A DNA stretch of 64,000 bases, from the NCBI GenBank assembly GCA_965637545.1, contig OZ281497.1, positions 16,244,001 through 16,308,000 on the forward strand, read 5' to 3'. The notes under the pieces were generated by a model. It had not been told where the DNA came from and searched no databases. It was given only the letters and a program-made list of their open reading frames with translations. This document shows, one piece after another, positions 61,401-64,000 of the stretch (position 1 is its first letter; each line of letters starts with the position of its first letter). This stretch comes from Phallusia mammillata. Taxonomy: Eukaryota. A program made the position numbers and the translations under genes.

Positions 61401-63694
61401 ACTGGAGCAAAAGATGTTCAGAAAACTGTACAAATTACGAGCGCGGGTTATTTCGCGTGTAGTTCATGTTGTTTTTGCGCTGTTGCATTTAAAGTGCTAA
61501 AATAAGTTACACAAGGTGTAATAATCATAAACCGCACTCTTGACCAAACCTGAAATTAGTGGAAAATTATCTGGTCATGAAAGTAAATTACATGTTATCA
61601 GAGGTATGTTTTGTTCGTGGGGCGTGCTTTTCGGTATGAATAACATTGATGCCTATTTATATGTGTGGTACAGCTCAACATAGATACATGGTGCAACACA
61701 CAGGCATCTTAATTAGCGTAGACAGCGGATTGCCAGAGCGATCAGACAGCAATTGATAGACAGTCCCACAAACGTTACCAACTGACAAACAAGTTACAGA
61801 CAGCGCGGGCGGGCAGGGCTTATCTCCCTCCCTATTTTCTCTCGCTCCAAAAGTTGATCGACTTTCAAAGAGAGCAAGGGAGGAGCCTAAAAAAGTTGTT
61901 TGTGAGCTGATCGCCTAGCGCCCGTGCTTCGGGATTTCCCTAACACCTTCTTAAGTTCGATGGCGCGGAACCTTAGGGCCTGTGATCAACGAAGGTCAGT
62001 GAGGGGCATGGCTTCACACTTCAACTGTGATCTCATCGCCGTGGAGTGCCATGGACTTAACGCGTTGGCGGTCTTGACATCGGTTTCACCACAGGCTAAA
62101 CTGTGCTGCTCACTTGTTTATAAAACTGTTTCCGACGAGGTGGCGCAGGTCTGTGTATTTTTGTTGCTAAGCGCCGAAAGGTGTTGGTTTCGAAAGAGCT
62201 GATAAGTACAAAGCGCCCTTGTTGCCTTCCGCAAGTTCAGCGCTCCCTTGAAAACTCGGAAATGCCGCGAAGCTAGTGTACACAAACGGGTCACCAGAAG
62301 GGACAACTAAATCAATGGGCATAAACGGCCTTAAAGTTCAACTGTAGACAAACTATTGTGTAAGTTACGAGTCTGGTATATCGGTGCAAGGATATAAACC
62401 TGACTTATCGAATACGTGTAGTTCCAAACTATTTTGTCAGAGCAAATTAGTTTTGACCAAAAATGCTCTCGGATTTGTATTACGCTGTGGCCCACGTAAC
62501 ATTTTAACGACAAAACACCAGCTTTGATCGATGGGTGAGCCGAACAAACAAGCACTTACTGTCAAAAACCATGGTCTTGTCGCCGTGGAGGTAATTGATT
62601 CAAACAGAACGAGCTCGAATAATTCGATTTGGCTCGATGAGATAAGAACATAACAATCAATAAAGGCGAGCAGAACAACGGCACAGGCAATGAAAACAAA
62701 ACAACAATTTAGTGTCAGTCATTTTACGTAACCTTCTATTGATCGAGAAGCTTAGACTTCTATAACCTCTAAATTGCGCTTATAATATATTCGTGCTGGA
62801 AACCCCCTCTCTATTAGGGGTATGGCATTATAGCTGGGGAAACACTTTTAAGATAATTTTGATTTTGGTCAACATGTTTTTCGCCCAATATACGACGTTC
62901 ACGATCGTTACAGGAAATAATACCTTTTACGTAAACAGGCTCAGTTGCTATTTCGGAACGTGTGCGACCAGGGCAACATACATTGTTATCTCGTCAATTG
63001 CCATAGCGCTTTAACACGTGACCGCGCCTTAATTTAGCTCATTACGACTGCGCGAAGCGGGTCACGTGTCGGGATACGGTCTCTAGTTGTCGTGCTGTTT
63101 GCCTTTCTTCGTCGGAGGTAAAGCTGTAAAAAGCCATCGCAAACCAATCGGGCGCAAATATAAAGCTTTCCGTGCAGTGCTCGAATTCATTTGTGCTATT
63201 GTTCAGGCCAGATAGAAGAACATGAATTATGACGAAGCAGTTATAAGGGCAGGCAGATTAATTGTCTGTGAGATTCTAAGTTGCCTAAATAATTTGCTTT
63301 CGGTTAGATTTGGTACAAAACTAGTCCATTACATTCAGGCGCCAATAAACTAAGAAACGTTTGTTTAACTTTTAAAGCATGTTTAGTTGAGTATTGTTTG
63401 GCAGAAATGTGTGTAGACACAAAAGTCATCATTAACATTCCAATACAATTTACAGTTTAAACCTGTTTACCTGTGGAATAGTGAGGGTAGAATTTCAGGT
63501 GAGGCGTGTCAAAGCTTCGCTGTGCTTCGAATCACATGAATGCGTTTCTTTTCTCCCACAGTGCTTCATGACGTACCCCGTTTGCCCAGGCTCTTGTGTG
63601 TGTGTCGATATCGAAGCCTTCGCGAGGCGCGGCGAGAAGAAGTCTAGCCCTCTCGCGCGCGTTTCTTTCTTGTTGTCCTTGCGAGGTCATATGA

Positions 63695-63755
63695 CTCCCT
63701 GACGTCATGGGCGGCCAATCGGTGCTGCTCTGAGAGACGTCAGTCTTTAAAAATA
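63695..63755. promoter_or_regulatory. Candidate promoter: CRE, GC box, CCAAT and a second CRE-like site
   Basis: TGACGTCA 63700-63707, GGGCGG 63709-63714, CCAAT 63715-63719, GACGTCA at about 63735-63741, within a CpG-rich island. Direction is undetermined. Confidence 0.5.
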
Positions 63756-64000
63756 ATCGATCTCTTTCTCCCGCCGCTCGTTGCTTGATTCAAGGCCGAA
63801 AAAGGGCCCGCTCTCGTACAAATTGCAATGCGCCGCTGTTTAGGTGTGCAGTTGAATTCGTTCCCGTGGCAAGAGGGAAGCTGAGGCTTCTCGAATTTTC
63901 GGGCGATGTTGCGTTGTACGCACGTGCGCTCTATTTTTAAATTAGTTGTTAGAAAGAGTTTTATACAACTGTGGTGTCATGAAGTTTTTTTTTACTTGTA

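Noticed and set aside
63979-64000. ATG AAG TTT TTT TTT ACT TGT as the start of a secreted protein
   Set aside because: Only 7 codons are visible at the window edge, and a T-run intron or UTR explains it equally well.

Overview
Eukaryotic, AT-rich, intron-containing genomic DNA. The compact GT-AG introns and chordate-type gene set suggest an invertebrate chordate such as an ascidian; this is inference, not proven. The left 40 kb holds four spliced genes that I assembled by hand with consistent intron phases: ZSWIM2 (+, 5' end outside the window), EPS15/EPS15L1 pro-ortholog (-), a CUB-CUB-ZP-TM protein (+, CUZD1-like architecture) and EFCAB14-like (+). Their introns carry many non-autonomous elements: hAT-type MITEs with 8-bp TSDs, a DINE-1/HINE-like (Helentron-associated) family in three copies, a tRNA-derived SINE, and Penelope-like foldback fragments with hammerhead-ribozyme cores. 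The most unusual structure is the last EPS15 intron. A hammerhead-bearing 97-bp foldback sits inside a hAT MITE next to a HINE, and a 2039-bp block spanning them is tandemly duplicated with one breakpoint in the HINE hairpin. A 97-bp triplication also copies a splice acceptor of EFCAB14-like three times. The right 24 kb has no identifiable protein-coding exon, few recognisable TEs and retained CpG, and looks like a regulatory landscape with CRE, CCAAT and E-box clusters. No prokaryotic features (CRISPR, operons, rRNA) are supported. All coordinates were counted by eye; no database search or folding program was run.
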